IMG/VR virus record: IMGVR_UViG_3300017766_003987
Span: 1-64,000 of that record
Strand: one strand, 5' to 3'
DNA: 64,000 nt
Source: a virus
A program made the translations under genes and the position numbers. Each line of letters opens with the position of its first letter. Position 1 is the stretch's first letter. Positions 27,127 to 37,518 of this stretch are shown here, one piece after another. The notes under the pieces were generated by a model. The model made no database searches. It was not told where the DNA came from and saw only the letters and a list, made by a program, of their open reading frames with translations.

Positions 27127-27138
27127 GGAACCCAAATC

Positions 27139-27405
27139 GTGACCAAAGTTCTCTTTCATGAGATTCCCGACGCTATCGCCATCGTCAAACGCGGTGGTGT
27201 CGAAAAGCAGGTTGCGCTCTTCCACAGGAAGGAACGGGTCTACGCCGCGTTCTCGGGCGGGTACGTTCGTATTGGTACGCAGGGACGCACATCCGTCCCC
27301 AATCTGACAGTCCTCGATATCGACGGACCCAACTTCATGACCGATGGTCTCGGTTGGTACGAATACGCAGAAGGCAAGGTCACGAACCTTCGCGCGGTGA
27401 AATAA
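27139..27405 (+). CDS. Hypothetical protein
   Basis: GAGGA RBS. Confidence 0.7.
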   Translation: MTKVLFHEIPDAIAIVKRGGVEKQVALFHRKERVYAAFSGGYVRIGTQGRTSVPNLTVLDIDGPNFMTDGLGWYEYAEGKVTNLRAVK

Positions 27406-28116
27406 TTGGCACCGACAATCTACAATACGCGGGGTTACGGCGCTCGACAGGGCGTCAAAATCCTGGTTTATGGGCGAGCTGGTAGGGGGAAGACCCGCCT
27501 ATGTTCGACCTGTCCCAACCCAATCATCCTCTCAGCCGAATCCGGCTTGCTCACGTTGGCGCAGTATAACCTGCCCTTCATCTTGATCGAGAACATCGGA
27601 CAGTTGAGAGAAGCCTTTCTGTGGTTGAAGAGCTCGAACGAACCGCGCCAGCAGTTCCAGACGATCTGTTTGGATTCTATAAGCGAAATTGCCGAAAACA
27701 TCCTCGGCACGAAGCTCAATCCGGGTGGCAACAAAGCGGTCGATGGTCGCCAAGCTTACGGACAAATGATCCAAGAAGTGGAAAAGATGATCCGTGAGTT
27801 CCGCGATATCCCGGGCTATCACGTCTACATGAGTGCGAAGCAAGAACGCATGAAAGACGAAGCATCGGGCGTTGTCGTTAACGCGCCGATGATGCCCGGC
27901 AACAAGCTGGGTCAGAACCTCCCCTATTTCCCGGATGAGGTTTTCCAAATCGACGTGAACGATAACCCCTATTACCATTTCCTTCGGTGCCGTCCGGACT
28001 TCTCGAATGACGCCAAGGATCGGTCGGGTGTTCTCGATCCGATTGAGCCGCCCGATCTCGGTCATATCATCAACAAGATCGTCAATGCTCCTGAACTACA
28101 GATGGAGCCCCGATAA
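27406..28116 (+). CDS. Sak4-like AAA_24 ATPase (ssDNA annealing/recombination)
   Basis: YGRAGRGKT, SAESGLL, CLDSISE, DGRQAYG, AKDRSG. Confidence 0.9.
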   Translation: MAPTIYNTRGYGARQGVKILVYGRAGRGKTRLCSTCPNPIILSAESGLLTLAQYNLPFILIENIGQLREAFLWLKSSNEPRQQFQTICLDSISEIAENILGTKLNPGGNKAVDGRQAYGQMIQEVEKMIREFRDIPGYHVYMSAKQERMKDEASGVVVNAPMMPGNKLGQNLPYFPDEVFQIDVNDNPYYHFLRCRPDFSNDAKDRSGVLDPIEPPDLGHIINKIVNAPELQMEPR

Positions 28117-28229
28117 CGTCGATTAAGCGCCCTTTGCTGCTGTTGCATCTCCGCACATGATTGCCGCAGTATCGACGTTCTTCAAACTGTGCACCTTAAC
28201 CGAAACCAACCTAATAGGGGGACCATCCA

Positions 28230-28934
28230 TTGGTCGCGCTCAATTTCAATGCCTCTGGCGTCCAGCCGAACCAGGCGCTCGAAGCCATCCCGTCCGGCCA
28301 GTACCCGGTCGTCATCACGGCTTCGCAGGAGAAGCCCACCAAGTCCGGTAACGGCTCGTATATCGAGCTCGAGATGACCGTTCAGGGCGGTCAGTACAAC
28401 GGTCGCAAGCTGTTCGACCGTCTCAATATTCGCAACCCGAACCAGACCGCGGTGGACATCGCCTACTCGACACTCTCGGCGATCTGTCACGTCACCGGCC
28501 GCATGAACATTGCCGACACTCAGCAGCTCCACGGTGTTCCGTTCGTCGTCGTCGTGACCAAGAAGGAACGCGATGACCAGCCGGGCTCCGGCAACATGTC
28601 CAACGAAGTCAAGGGCTACAAAGACATCAACGGCAACGATCCGGGTCATGGCGGCCAGGCTTCGGCGCAGACCGGCGCAGCCCCCGGTTGGGCAAACGGT
28701 GGTCAGCCGCAGAGTGCTCCTCCGCAGCAGCAGTATGCCCCGCCCCAGCAGCAGCAGTTCCAGGCTCCGCCGCAGCAGCAAATGGCCCCGACCAATGCTC
28801 AGGGGCAGCAGCCGTGGAACAACGGTCAGCAACCCCCGGCTCAGCAGCAGGCTCCGGCCCAGCAGTACGCTCCTCCCCCGCAGCAGGGCGGCCCGGGCAA
28901 CGGTCAGACCCCGCCGCCGTGGGCTACGACCTAA
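28230..28934 (+). CDS. ssb: Single-stranded DNA-binding protein (DUF669-like)
   Basis: IPSGQY...KPTKSG.G.Y..L...GRKLFDRLN; Q/P-rich tail ending PPW; follows Sak4. Confidence 0.85.
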   Translation: MVALNFNASGVQPNQALEAIPSGQYPVVITASQEKPTKSGNGSYIELEMTVQGGQYNGRKLFDRLNIRNPNQTAVDIAYSTLSAICHVTGRMNIADTQQLHGVPFVVVVTKKERDDQPGSGNMSNEVKGYKDINGNDPGHGGQASAQTGAAPGWANGGQPQSAPPQQQYAPPQQQQFQAPPQQQMAPTNAQGQQPWNNGQQPPAQQQAPAQQYAPPPQQGGPGNGQTPPPWATT

Positions 28935-29049
28935 CATCCCAAGTTCGGCGCGGGTGACTGCGCCGCATAGGGACGACGGTCTACATTCCTTGGCGGTCTG
29001 TGTGAACGTCGTCCCGACCATTCTCGTCACCTATCTTTGAGGGTTCAAA

Positions 29050-29595
29050 GTGATCAAACTTCTTTCGTTCTCTGTTATCCTGTATATCGCGTCCGTCGTC
29101 GCCGTGAACTTAGGCTTCTCTTTGGTGCCCATGATCGCGACGCCGATTGGCATGCTCTCCCCCATGGCCGTCGTCGTTGGCGCCGTCTTCGTCATCCGTG
29201 ACTTTGCGCAGCGTCGTGCTGGTCACTGGGTCCTGCTCGCCATGGTCATCGCAACTGCCCTGTCTTTCCTGCTCGCCGATCCGTTCGTCGCTTTTGCCTC
29301 GGCACTGGCGTTCGCTACGTCTGAAATCGCAGACTATCTCCTCTACACGTTCTGGAAGAAGCCGTTCCACCAGCGCATCCTGGTCTCGAGCCTGATCTCG
29401 ACGCCCATCGATACCGCAGTGTTCTTGTTCGGCATCAACGGCTTCACCATCGGTACGTTCATCCTGATGATCCTGTCCAAGATGATCGCCGCGGTCGTGA
29501 TCTGGTTCTACTACAAGTCGAACCCGATCAACGAACCTGTGGTGGACATCAACGGCGAGGCGCTCGACTCTGTGTCGAACCCGCGTGTAGCATAA
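29050..29595 (+). CDS. yhhQ: VUT/YhhQ-family queuosine-precursor (preQ0/preQ1) transporter
   Basis: Multi-TM; FVIRDFAQR, AFASALAF..SE..D, SSLISTPIDT. Confidence 0.85.
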   Translation: MIKLLSFSVILYIASVVAVNLGFSLVPMIATPIGMLSPMAVVVGAVFVIRDFAQRRAGHWVLLAMVIATALSFLLADPFVAFASALAFATSEIADYLLYTFWKKPFHQRILVSSLISTPIDTAVFLFGINGFTIGTFILMILSKMIAAVVIWFYYKSNPINEPVVDINGEALDSVSNPRVA

Positions 29596-29686
29596 ACGCT
29601 GATCGATCCTCGATAGCCGGTCAGCGTAACTCGGCGGGGTGTTTGACGACATCCCGCCGGTTTTGTCTCAACCATAGGAAGAAGCA

Positions 29687-30148
29687 ATGCCCACCGCAAA
29701 AGAAGTAACGTATGCCCATGTCAACCGAGTCTCCGAGTTGCTCGGCGAAGCAGCAATCGAACTGATCAAACGCGGGGCTCGCCATGACCGTTCGAAATTC
29801 GAACCGGTCGAGCTCGATCCCTTGCAGCGAATGCAAGACCTTATCGACAAGGAAGGCCAGGCCCCGTACGGCACTGATGAATACCGGCGAAGGACTGCGT
29901 TGCTGGGCGAAATGCTCGCCCATCACTATGCCCACAACACGCACCATCCCGAGCATTACCGCAACAGTGTTGCCGGCATGGATCTTTTCGATCTGATCGA
30001 GATGTTCTTCGACTGGAAGGCTGCAAGTGAACGCGGCGAAGAGTCGGAAATGAACCTCTCTTACTCGATCAACAAGCTCGAGATGCCCTCGATGCTGGAA
30101 AGCATCCTTCGCAATACTGCTGACAGGTTGGGTTACAAGACCAAATGA
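29687..30148 (+). CDS. DUF5662-like HD-domain protein
   Basis: HDRSKF...HHYAHNTHHPEHY...DLIEMFFDWKAA. Confidence 0.8.
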   Translation: MPTAKEVTYAHVNRVSELLGEAAIELIKRGARHDRSKFEPVELDPLQRMQDLIDKEGQAPYGTDEYRRRTALLGEMLAHHYAHNTHHPEHYRNSVAGMDLFDLIEMFFDWKAASERGEESEMNLSYSINKLEMPSMLESILRNTADRLGYKTK

Positions 30149-31188
30149 ATACCACACCGAAGCCGGTTATTGTCCAATTGATTGATGCTGCTTGGGAGCA
30201 GGATGCCGAAACTGGTTTCCGTCCACACCTCGGCGGCTCGATGATCGGCGAAAAGTGTGAACGGAAGCTTGTCTACAGTTTTCGTTGGGCGAAGAAACCT
30301 ACTCACTCTGGGCGGGTGCTTCGCCTGTTCAATCGCGGCCATCTCGAAGAGTTTCGCTTCGTCGCGTACCTTCGTCGGATCGGTGCTGAGCTTCGCGAAT
30401 TCAGTGAGCGGCTCATGTACCATACAGAGTCGGACAGTTACATCACCGCCCCGTGGCCTACCACCAAAGGCAAAGATTCCCCGTCATGGGAACCTGCTGA
30501 AGAGTTTCAAGAAGATGCTTTGATTGCATCCCCTGAAGCACCTGAGCTCGCAGGCTTGGACGACGTTACCGAGTTTGAGCATCACCGCGCCCGCGCCGAA
30601 AAGGAATTCGGTATCAGGTTAAAGCAGTGGCGTATCCTCGACGTTAACGGGCACTTCGGCGGATCGCTCGACGGCATCGCTTTGCAAGTGCCTGGAATGC
30701 CTGACCTCGATGAAGAAGTTTTAACCGAATTCAAGACGCACAATCGCAAGAGCTTCGAAAAGCTGGTCAAGGAAGGCGTACAACTCAGCAAACCGACCCA
30801 CTACGTCCAAATGCAGATCTACATGTTCAAGAAGAACCTTAAGCGGGCTCTTTACTTGGCGGTCAACAAGGACGATGATGATCTTTACGCGGAGTGGGTC
30901 GAGATAGACCCCATGATGGGCCCGGGACTGATCGACAAGGCGTCGCGCGTCATCAACGCCCGCGTGCTGCCCAAGCGGATCAGCAATCATGCCTCCTGGA
31001 TGGATTGCAAGTGGTGCGATTACAAGGATGTTTGTCACCATGGCGAGCCCATGCTGAAACATTGTCGTACTTGCCGCTTCTCTGTTCCTGTGGAAGAGGG
31101 TCAGTGGCATTGCGGTCGGTGGAATGCGATTATCCCGGTTGACGCAATACTTAAAGGTTGCGATAGTTACGAGCCAATGACAGATTGA
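30145..31188 (+). CDS. Cas4-like PD-(D/E)xK exonuclease
   Basis: RPHLGGS.IG..CER, GSLDG, EFKT, QMQIYM, CKWCDYKDVC. Confidence 0.9.
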   Translation: MNTTPKPVIVQLIDAAWEQDAETGFRPHLGGSMIGEKCERKLVYSFRWAKKPTHSGRVLRLFNRGHLEEFRFVAYLRRIGAELREFSERLMYHTESDSYITAPWPTTKGKDSPSWEPAEEFQEDALIASPEAPELAGLDDVTEFEHHRARAEKEFGIRLKQWRILDVNGHFGGSLDGIALQVPGMPDLDEEVLTEFKTHNRKSFEKLVKEGVQLSKPTHYVQMQIYMFKKNLKRALYLAVNKDDDDLYAEWVEIDPMMGPGLIDKASRVINARVLPKRISNHASWMDCKWCDYKDVCHHGEPMLKHCRTCRFSVPVEEGQWHCGRWNAIIPVDAILKGCDSYEPMTD

Positions 31189-31196
31189 GGAACCCC

Positions 31197-32405
31197 ATGT
31201 CGCGCCATAAGAATGCAATCAAGAAGATGAGCCGGGCTCAAGGATCAGTAGCGAGTGGTTTGGCTGCATTACGTGAGCTAGATGTTAATCTTCGCAATCG
31301 CGTAACTATGGCGGGAGCTCAATTTGATCTCGATCCCTCGATCTTTCCGAACGCACTCGAGGTCAACATGGGACCTGAGATCAAGCTCGCTAAAACTGCC
31401 CAACATGTCAAATTACTTAATAAGAAATCTAATACGAAATTCGATGATCCAGATTATAATCCTTGGGATGCAATCGCCAAAGAGATGATCTCGGGTGATA
31501 TGCGAGCTGTTGAAGATGCCGCTCAGGAAACTGAACGATATCTTCAATGGCGTGAATCTATGGGTCTTGGTAAAGAGACAATCCGTCGAAAGCGTGAACA
31601 AGATGCGCTGCTGATCGCTGCCTCGGACGAGCTAATTGCTTGGCTCGATACCGTTGGCGTGAAGCTCGAAAAGATCGACACATGCTCCTGGCATCGTTTC
31701 ATGGAAGCAGTGAATAAGGACATGATCCTTACTGAGAATGCGAAACCCGCTGAACATATCACGCAGTTTGTTCTTAAGGATGGCGCACCCCAGCACTTCC
31801 TGGTTCAGCATGAATGGGAACGCCTCTTGTCGCATGCTACTGACGAGAAGGGTGGGAGTCTCAAGCTTGAAGATTTTCGTCTGCCGTTTGATCGGTGCAG
31901 TTTTGAAATGAAAATGAGCGGTCGTCGCATCATCCTTATTATGCACGAGAACCCTACTACAAGTCTCAATATAATCATTCTTATCGAGTGCGCGAACGGC
32001 GTCTGGTACGTCGGCAACGAGTATGATTACCGTGAGGTTCTCCGCAAGCAGAAGGAAAAGTACGGGGTCGGTCTCGACTTCATGATCGCTAACATTGCTG
32101 CTATGTGTATCTGCATCGAAGCGAACGTGATCGAAACTGAAGTCATTCGAGCGCCCCACAAGCTGAACGCGTCTCGAGCAAAGCAAAATAAGCCCCCGCT
32201 GCCCGATCATACGGTCGTTTCCTTGTCCCGTCGCTATCGTGTCAGCAACCCTGCGGAGACCGTCGCAAGGGGCGAGCACGCGGGGAAGCGTATGCATTTT
32301 CGGCGTGGGCACTGGCGGCATTACGCCGATCACAAAACCTGGATCAAATGGATGTTGGTCGGCAACCCTGATCTCGGCTTTGTCGAGCATGAGTATCGGG
32401 CATGA
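31197..32405 (+). CDS. Hypothetical protein with C-terminal HxRRGHWR motif
   Basis: GAGGA RBS; long ORF. Confidence 0.75.
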   Translation: MSRHKNAIKKMSRAQGSVASGLAALRELDVNLRNRVTMAGAQFDLDPSIFPNALEVNMGPEIKLAKTAQHVKLLNKKSNTKFDDPDYNPWDAIAKEMISGDMRAVEDAAQETERYLQWRESMGLGKETIRRKREQDALLIAASDELIAWLDTVGVKLEKIDTCSWHRFMEAVNKDMILTENAKPAEHITQFVLKDGAPQHFLVQHEWERLLSHATDEKGGSLKLEDFRLPFDRCSFEMKMSGRRIILIMHENPTTSLNIIILIECANGVWYVGNEYDYREVLRKQKEKYGVGLDFMIANIAAMCICIEANVIETEVIRAPHKLNASRAKQNKPPLPDHTVVSLSRRYRVSNPAETVARGEHAGKRMHFRRGHWRHYADHKTWIKWMLVGNPDLGFVEHEYRA

Positions 32406-32683
32406 TCCGTCGGGGCGATAGGGTCACCAGCAAGGGCAGCAAAGATCGAGGTACGGTCACTGCTACAGATGGGACTATCACTAGGGTAAAGTGGGATTTG
32501 CTCAGAGGCAGTCCTGATTATCTTATCGCCTGCGTTGACCTGGAGATCATCAAGGGAATTCAGATCAACGAAAGTTACCCTACCTGCTCCGCAAATACTT
32601 GCGCCATGCTGCGGATTCCTTTACACTGGGCAGGCGTGCCGATGCACGAGTGTCGGTTCCGAACCATATTGGCGAACAGATGA
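32402..32683 (+). CDS. Hypothetical protein (SH3-like N-terminus)
   Basis: ATGA overlaps on both sides. Confidence 0.6.
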   Translation: MIRRGDRVTSKGSKDRGTVTATDGTITRVKWDLLRGSPDYLIACVDLEIIKGIQINESYPTCSANTCAMLRIPLHWAGVPMHECRFRTILANR

Positions 32684-34368
32684 AGTCGCGATACTATCAG
32701 GACGAGGCTGAGGCTTCGTTATACGCCTATTTCGCAACACATACTAAAGCGGAAGACAATCCCGTCGTGGCTATGCCGACTGGCACAGGCAAGTCAATTG
32801 TTATTGCGAAGTTCATTAAAGGTGTTATGTCTACCTGGCCCTCTCAACGGGTCATTATGACTACGCACGTCAAAGAACTGATCGATCAGAACGCTGACAA
32901 GATGAAGCAGTTCTGGCCGCAGTCGCCTCTTGGAATTTACTCGGCGGGTCTGGGTCAAAAGAACCATACTATGCCCATTACGTTCGCCGGTATTCAATCG
33001 GCGATGAATGATCCCGATCTGTTCGGCTGGCAGGATCTGATGATCATTGATGAGTGTCATCTGGTCAGCCCAAACGCCAATACCGGTTATCAACAGTTCA
33101 TCAAGCGCCTGCGCGAGCGCAACCCTCGCCTTCGTATCATTGGGCTGTCTGCTACTCCCTATCGCCTCGGGCTCGGCATGATTACCGATGGAGGTATCTT
33201 TACTGATATCTCGTACGATATCACAGGTTTACACGCCTTCAACCGATTAATTGACGAAGCATATCTTATGCCGTTGATTCCGATGCCGACGGAAACCGAG
33301 TTCGATACCTCGGGCGTTCACATCCGCGGCGGTGAGTTCATTGCAGCCGAGCTTCAAGACCTCGCCAAATACGAGATCACCCGGGACGCATTGTGGGAGG
33401 CAGCTGAGAAAGCGAAGCTGCGTGCTCATTGGTTGATCTTCGCGTCCGGCGTTGACCACGTTCGCATGATCGTTGACATCCTTCGTAAGATGGGGATCAG
33501 CGCAGCAGGCGTCCATTCGAAGATGGATGCAAGCATCGACGGCAATCGAGACGATAATCTCGAAAATTTCAAGTCTGGCAAAATCAGGGCGCTTGTGAAT
33601 GCTGACATTCTCACCACAGGTTTCGACTTTCCTGCACTCGATTGTATCATTCTTCTTCGGCCGACAAACTCCCCCGGACTCCACGTTCAAATCTTGGGAA
33701 GAGGCACTCGTCCATTTTATGCTCCTGGCTTTGATCTCGATGATCTTGACCAGCGTCTTGCGGCTGTTGCAACCTCGACCAAGCAGAACTGTTTGGTCCT
33801 CGATTTTGCAGGCAATACGCAACGTCTAGGCCCGATCAATGATCCGCGCATCCCGGGGAAGAAGCGGGGCGGTGCAGGGGATATGCCGATCAAGGGGTGC
33901 AACGAATGTGGTTGCCTCAATCACATATCGGCACGCAACTGCATCAACTGCGGTGCGCCTTTCCAGTTCATGGAAAAGATTACGCCAAAGGCTTCGACGC
34001 TCGCCCTGATTCTCAGAGACGAACCTGAAGTGGTAGTGTTTGACGTTGATAGCGTCACCTATGCGCCGAACACGCGGCAACCGATCCCCTCGCTCAAAGT
34101 AAACTACTTCTGTGGAGTTCGTCGCTTTACAGAATGGATTTGCCTCGAGCATGAGGGCAACGCCATTCAGAACAAAGCGTTCGCTTGGTGGAAGAAACGG
34201 ATGCCTGGCAGCGATGAAGATCCGCCTAGAACTATTGAAGCCGCGCTTCCGCATGTAGATAAATTGTTGGTGCCCAAGAAGATCCGCGTGTGGGTCAACA
34301 AGCCGAAGTACCCTGAGATTCTCATGCACCTGTTTGAAGACGATATAAAGGAACCCGCCAATGTCTGA
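32680..34368 (+). CDS. Superfamily-2 DNA helicase (YejH/RadD-like) with Zn ribbon
   Basis: MPTGTGKS, IDECH, GLSATPYR, LTTGFD, QILGRGTR, CxxC..CxxC. Confidence 0.95.
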   Translation: MKSRYYQDEAEASLYAYFATHTKAEDNPVVAMPTGTGKSIVIAKFIKGVMSTWPSQRVIMTTHVKELIDQNADKMKQFWPQSPLGIYSAGLGQKNHTMPITFAGIQSAMNDPDLFGWQDLMIIDECHLVSPNANTGYQQFIKRLRERNPRLRIIGLSATPYRLGLGMITDGGIFTDISYDITGLHAFNRLIDEAYLMPLIPMPTETEFDTSGVHIRGGEFIAAELQDLAKYEITRDALWEAAEKAKLRAHWLIFASGVDHVRMIVDILRKMGISAAGVHSKMDASIDGNRDDNLENFKSGKIRALVNADILTTGFDFPALDCIILLRPTNSPGLHVQILGRGTRPFYAPGFDLDDLDQRLAAVATSTKQNCLVLDFAGNTQRLGPINDPRIPGKKRGGAGDMPIKGCNECGCLNHISARNCINCGAPFQFMEKITPKASTLALILRDEPEVVVFDVDSVTYAPNTRQPIPSLKVNYFCGVRRFTEWICLEHEGNAIQNKAFAWWKKRMPGSDEDPPRTIEAALPHVDKLLVPKKIRVWVNKPKYPEILMHLFEDDIKEPANV

Positions 34369-34618
34369 ACCTCAAGCTAAACCCTATCGCCTTCGTGAGG
34401 GCGGCGCGGCCGACGACGCCAGCATTGCCTTGTCAGTTGCACTTAACAACTGGTTCACGTCTTTTGGACCCTCTGTCATTTTCAGGACTTGCGAGAACTG
34501 CAAGTTTATGATTGAAGCTGGTCCCGCGTTCTGTTCGCTTTGGAACGTGACCCCACCCGCTCAGGTCATTTGCTCGGGTTGCCCATCGCACCAAGACAAG
34601 CAAGAGATTCCGTTCTGA
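34361..34618 (+). CDS. Small Cys-rich protein
   Basis: CENC...C......PP..VI..GC...IPF. Confidence 0.75.
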   Translation: MSEPQAKPYRLREGGAADDASIALSVALNNWFTSFGPSVIFRTCENCKFMIEAGPAFCSLWNVTPPAQVICSGCPSHQDKQEIPF

Positions 34619-34857
34619 TGGGCGACAAGATCTCAGAGGCGATCAGCATTCGAGCGGCAAACGTCGGTCGAAAGCAGCGGCGTAACGAATTGCGTCCACA
34701 GGTAGCAGCCACCATTTACGCGGGTTACATCACCACTCGCCAAGGAATGGAACCGCGCAATAAAGATCTAGCGATGGCTGTTGCAATCGAAGACGCTGAT
34801 CTTTTGCTGTTGAAGCTTTTTCCGATTTTGCCCGAGGTCGATCCCAGCCATGAGTAG
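34618..34857 (+). CDS. Hypothetical protein
   Basis: TGATG coupling. Confidence 0.65.
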   Translation: MGDKISEAISIRAANVGRKQRRNELRPQVAATIYAGYITTRQGMEPRNKDLAMAVAIEDADLLLLKLFPILPEVDPSHE

Positions 34858-35149
34858 CATTCAACTCAATTTCATGCCGCATCCGTTGGCGGGCCAGGTT
34901 CAGCCCTTGAGTGCCCCCGACGGCACCTCCCTCAACGTCATCCTTCCGCCTGATACCCAATACGCAGTGACGCGGAAATACAGCTTTCTGCTGATCCGCG
35001 AACCTGAGCTAGGGGGCTGGTTCACTTCGTGGCAGGATCGGTACGGCGGCGGCTCTGCCTCGAGCACGCGAGAAGGCCCCTTCCGTGATCGCTTCGCAGC
35101 CGAGGCTAATTGCAGGCGTATCTTAAAAGAGCTTGGGCAAAAGAATTAG
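34850..35149 (+). CDS. Hypothetical protein
   Basis: ORF. Confidence 0.65.
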   Translation: MSSIQLNFMPHPLAGQVQPLSAPDGTSLNVILPPDTQYAVTRKYSFLLIREPELGGWFTSWQDRYGGGSASSTREGPFRDRFAAEANCRRILKELGQKN

Positions 35150-35209
35150 GGGTTGCGTCCTTAGTCGAGACATGAGATAACAATCCTGTCGCAAACGAAA
35201 GGACATGAA

Positions 35210-35449
35210 ATGCGTTACACAGTCAGCATGACCACCGTCGCCGGGTTCGTCGTTCACCTTTACGACGGCGATGAAGAAGGCACTGCGAAGGCGGTCGTCT
35301 ATGACGCCATCTTCACTGCATTCCCCGGTGTGGGTCATGTGACGATTGTTGCCGAGGCCGATGTCTCCGCCCCCGGATCTGCAGATTTCCTTGCATACCG
35401 GGGTCTTGAGGCTATCAGCATCGCCTTCAATGCCTTCCCCTCCAATTAA
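35210..35449 (+). CDS. Hypothetical protein behind an early-type promoter
   Basis: Cassette promoter 35150-35182, AAAGGA RBS. Confidence 0.7.
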   Translation: MRYTVSMTTVAGFVVHLYDGDEEGTAKAVVYDAIFTAFPGVGHVTIVAEADVSAPGSADFLAYRGLEAISIAFNAFPSN

Positions 35450-35502
35450 GCGACCGACCTGGGCGAGCAATCGTCCGGGTCACCTTCACAAGGAACTCTG
35501 CA

Positions 35503-36036
35503 ATGTCTTATCTATATCGCGACCATGCAGCCCGAGCCGCGAAAAGTAAAAGCTGGCCCGGTTTCATAACCTTCTTTGATCGTAAGGTCTCGCAGTGGTA
35601 TAATAGAGAGGTCGCAACCCCCTTTCCGCCTGAGCTTTTGGCGTGGGAAAAGACAGACTTCGTCCATCACGTTGAATGGACCACAGAGTCTTACCATCAA
35701 GACTTTACAGGTGAAAAACTTAACGCGGGGAATCTTCACCCTTGCCTTGTTGTGACTTGTCGGCGCGAAGAAATCACCGAGGCGATACCCGAAGGTTATG
35801 TCATTCAGCCAATTACTCGGGAGCTTTGGTACGAAATTAAAGGCAGCGCGCAGTCGCCGGGTCTTCGTGCAAAGTCGGAAATCGAATCCCCTGTTAAGGT
35901 TGTGTGGAGACTTGCCGACGAAATGAAGAGTGCAGACCGCAAGACGGTTATCGCGGCATGCGTTGAAGCAGGTGTGAACAAGTCGACGGCTTCGACGCAG
36001 TATTACAAGTGGCAATTGGCGCAAAAGGGGAGCTAA
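35503..36036 (+). CDS. Paralog of 5708-6196 with C-terminal putative HTH
   Basis: Shared motifs. Confidence 0.8.
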   Translation: MSYLYRDHAARAAKSKSWPGFITFFDRKVSQWYNREVATPFPPELLAWEKTDFVHHVEWTTESYHQDFTGEKLNAGNLHPCLVVTCRREEITEAIPEGYVIQPITRELWYEIKGSAQSPGLRAKSEIESPVKVVWRLADEMKSADRKTVIAACVEAGVNKSTASTQYYKWQLAQKGS

Positions 36037-36149
36037 TCGGATAAAACAGACAAGCGCCCACTTTCGTAGTTGGCAAAGCTACGAGAACGCATAATATACC
36101 AATCGATCAGTCAATTCCGACACCTCGCAACAAACAAGGATTTTTCCAA

Positions 36150-36818
36150 ATGCGTATGATCAATTCTCTCGCGCTTGCCTCGCTGTGCATGGCTGGCATC
36201 GCTTTCGCTCCTGCTGATGGCGCTGCCGGTGCAGCCCCTGATGCAAGCTCGACCGTCGCCGGCAATGCGCCGGTGGTCGAGACCAAGACCGTCCTCAAGC
36301 AGAACGGCATCAAGCGCCCCGACGCCGGCAGCGTCACCGGCAAGCTCTGGGACATCGCCGACGAAGAGTCCAAGAAACTCAACGCCCCGGCCCCTCGCAA
36401 GACGGTCGTTGACCGCTACATGAAAGAACAGCCTGGCGCGAACAACGCCACTGCCAATACGCAGTACGCTCGCTGGGTCACCTACAACGGCGCGTCCGAG
36501 ATTCTGAAGGCAAACCGCGCTGCGACCAAGACCGCCGGCGCTGAGGCCAAGGAAAAGGAAAAGGCCGAGAAGGCTGCTGCCAAGCAGGCTGAGAAGGACG
36601 CCAAGGCGAAGGCCAAGGCTGACGAGAAGGCCGTGAAGGACGCCGAGAAGGCTGCCGCCGCTGCGAAGAAGGCCGAAGAGAAGGCTGCGGCTGAGAAGGC
36701 TGCTGCTGACGCCAAGGCGAAGGCTGAAGCTGACAAGAAGGCTGCTGATGACGCCGCCGCGGCTCAGAAGGCCAAGGACGACAAGGCCGGCAAGAACGGC
36801 AACTCGCCCGCGAAGTAA
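36150..36818 (+). CDS. Putative DNA-binding protein: TAxTQY..W domain plus histone-H1-like Ala/Lys/Glu tail
   Basis: LWDIAD...TANTQYARW then (AKAEK)-rich repeats. Confidence 0.8.
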   Translation: MRMINSLALASLCMAGIAFAPADGAAGAAPDASSTVAGNAPVVETKTVLKQNGIKRPDAGSVTGKLWDIADEESKKLNAPAPRKTVVDRYMKEQPGANNATANTQYARWVTYNGASEILKANRAATKTAGAEAKEKEKAEKAAAKQAEKDAKAKAKADEKAVKDAEKAAAAAKKAEEKAAAEKAAADAKAKAEADKKAADDAAAAQKAKDDKAGKNGNSPAK

Positions 36819-36873
36819 CGAGGCCACAAAGAGATTTGGGTTCGGAAGGGGTTCCTTCCCAAGTCTCCTCCCG

Positions 36874-36910
36874 AGGGGGTCGCTGAGCAATCGGCGGCCC
36901 CCTTTCCTTT
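36874..36910 (+). terminator. Intrinsic terminator
   Basis: GGGGGTCGCTGA-gcaa-TCGGCGGCCCCC followed by T-rich run. Confidence 0.75.
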
Positions 36911-36931
36911 AACCAGCAGAAAGTCAACAAA

Positions 36932-37135
36932 ATGCGCAAGATCGTAGCAATGCAACAGAATGGTGAGGTCGTCGTCCGCAGCACGGGTGCCGACATTAGC
37001 CTGGATGAGCTCATGGCAAATTATCATGAGATGATCGGTCGGGATGAAAAGCGATATGCTTTTGTTAATCTGATGTCCCAAGACCCAGACAGCGGCAACT
37101 GGCACGTCGAAAAGTACAAGCACCAAATCGTCTAG
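36932..37135 (+). CDS. Hypothetical protein
   Basis: ORF. Confidence 0.6.
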   Translation: MRKIVAMQQNGEVVVRSTGADISLDELMANYHEMIGRDEKRYAFVNLMSQDPDSGNWHVEKYKHQIV

Positions 37136-37190
37136 TTGTTTTCTCGTTTGATTGGTGGGACATTGGGTCATCGAAAAAAGGAACCCCTCG

Positions 37191-37451
37191 ATGATCCAAG
37201 CCCCGCACGTCAATCTGAACGGCTCGAGCAAGAGCGATCTGCTTGAGCAGTATCAGAAAGCCTACCTCGCGGCCAGCAAGTCGGTCGACATGCTGCGCCT
37301 TTGCGCCCCGCACGGTCGGGACTATCAGGGCCTTCCTGTGGAAGCATATGAGACGGCCCGGACTCAGCACAAAATGCGAATGGAGTCTGCACACAAGATC
37401 GCAAACGACATTCTCGACATTGTTGAGCAGATCACGGTACAAGGCAGATAA
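37191..37451 (+). CDS. Hypothetical protein
   Basis: Cassette RBS; PHVNLNG...APHGRDY. Confidence 0.75.
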   Translation: MIQAPHVNLNGSSKSDLLEQYQKAYLAASKSVDMLRLCAPHGRDYQGLPVEAYETARTQHKMRMESAHKIANDILDIVEQITVQGR

Positions 37452-37518
37452 CCTTTCAAGTTGCCTATCCAATTGCGACATGGGATAACAATCATGTCGA
37501 AACAAAAGGAACCCCGAC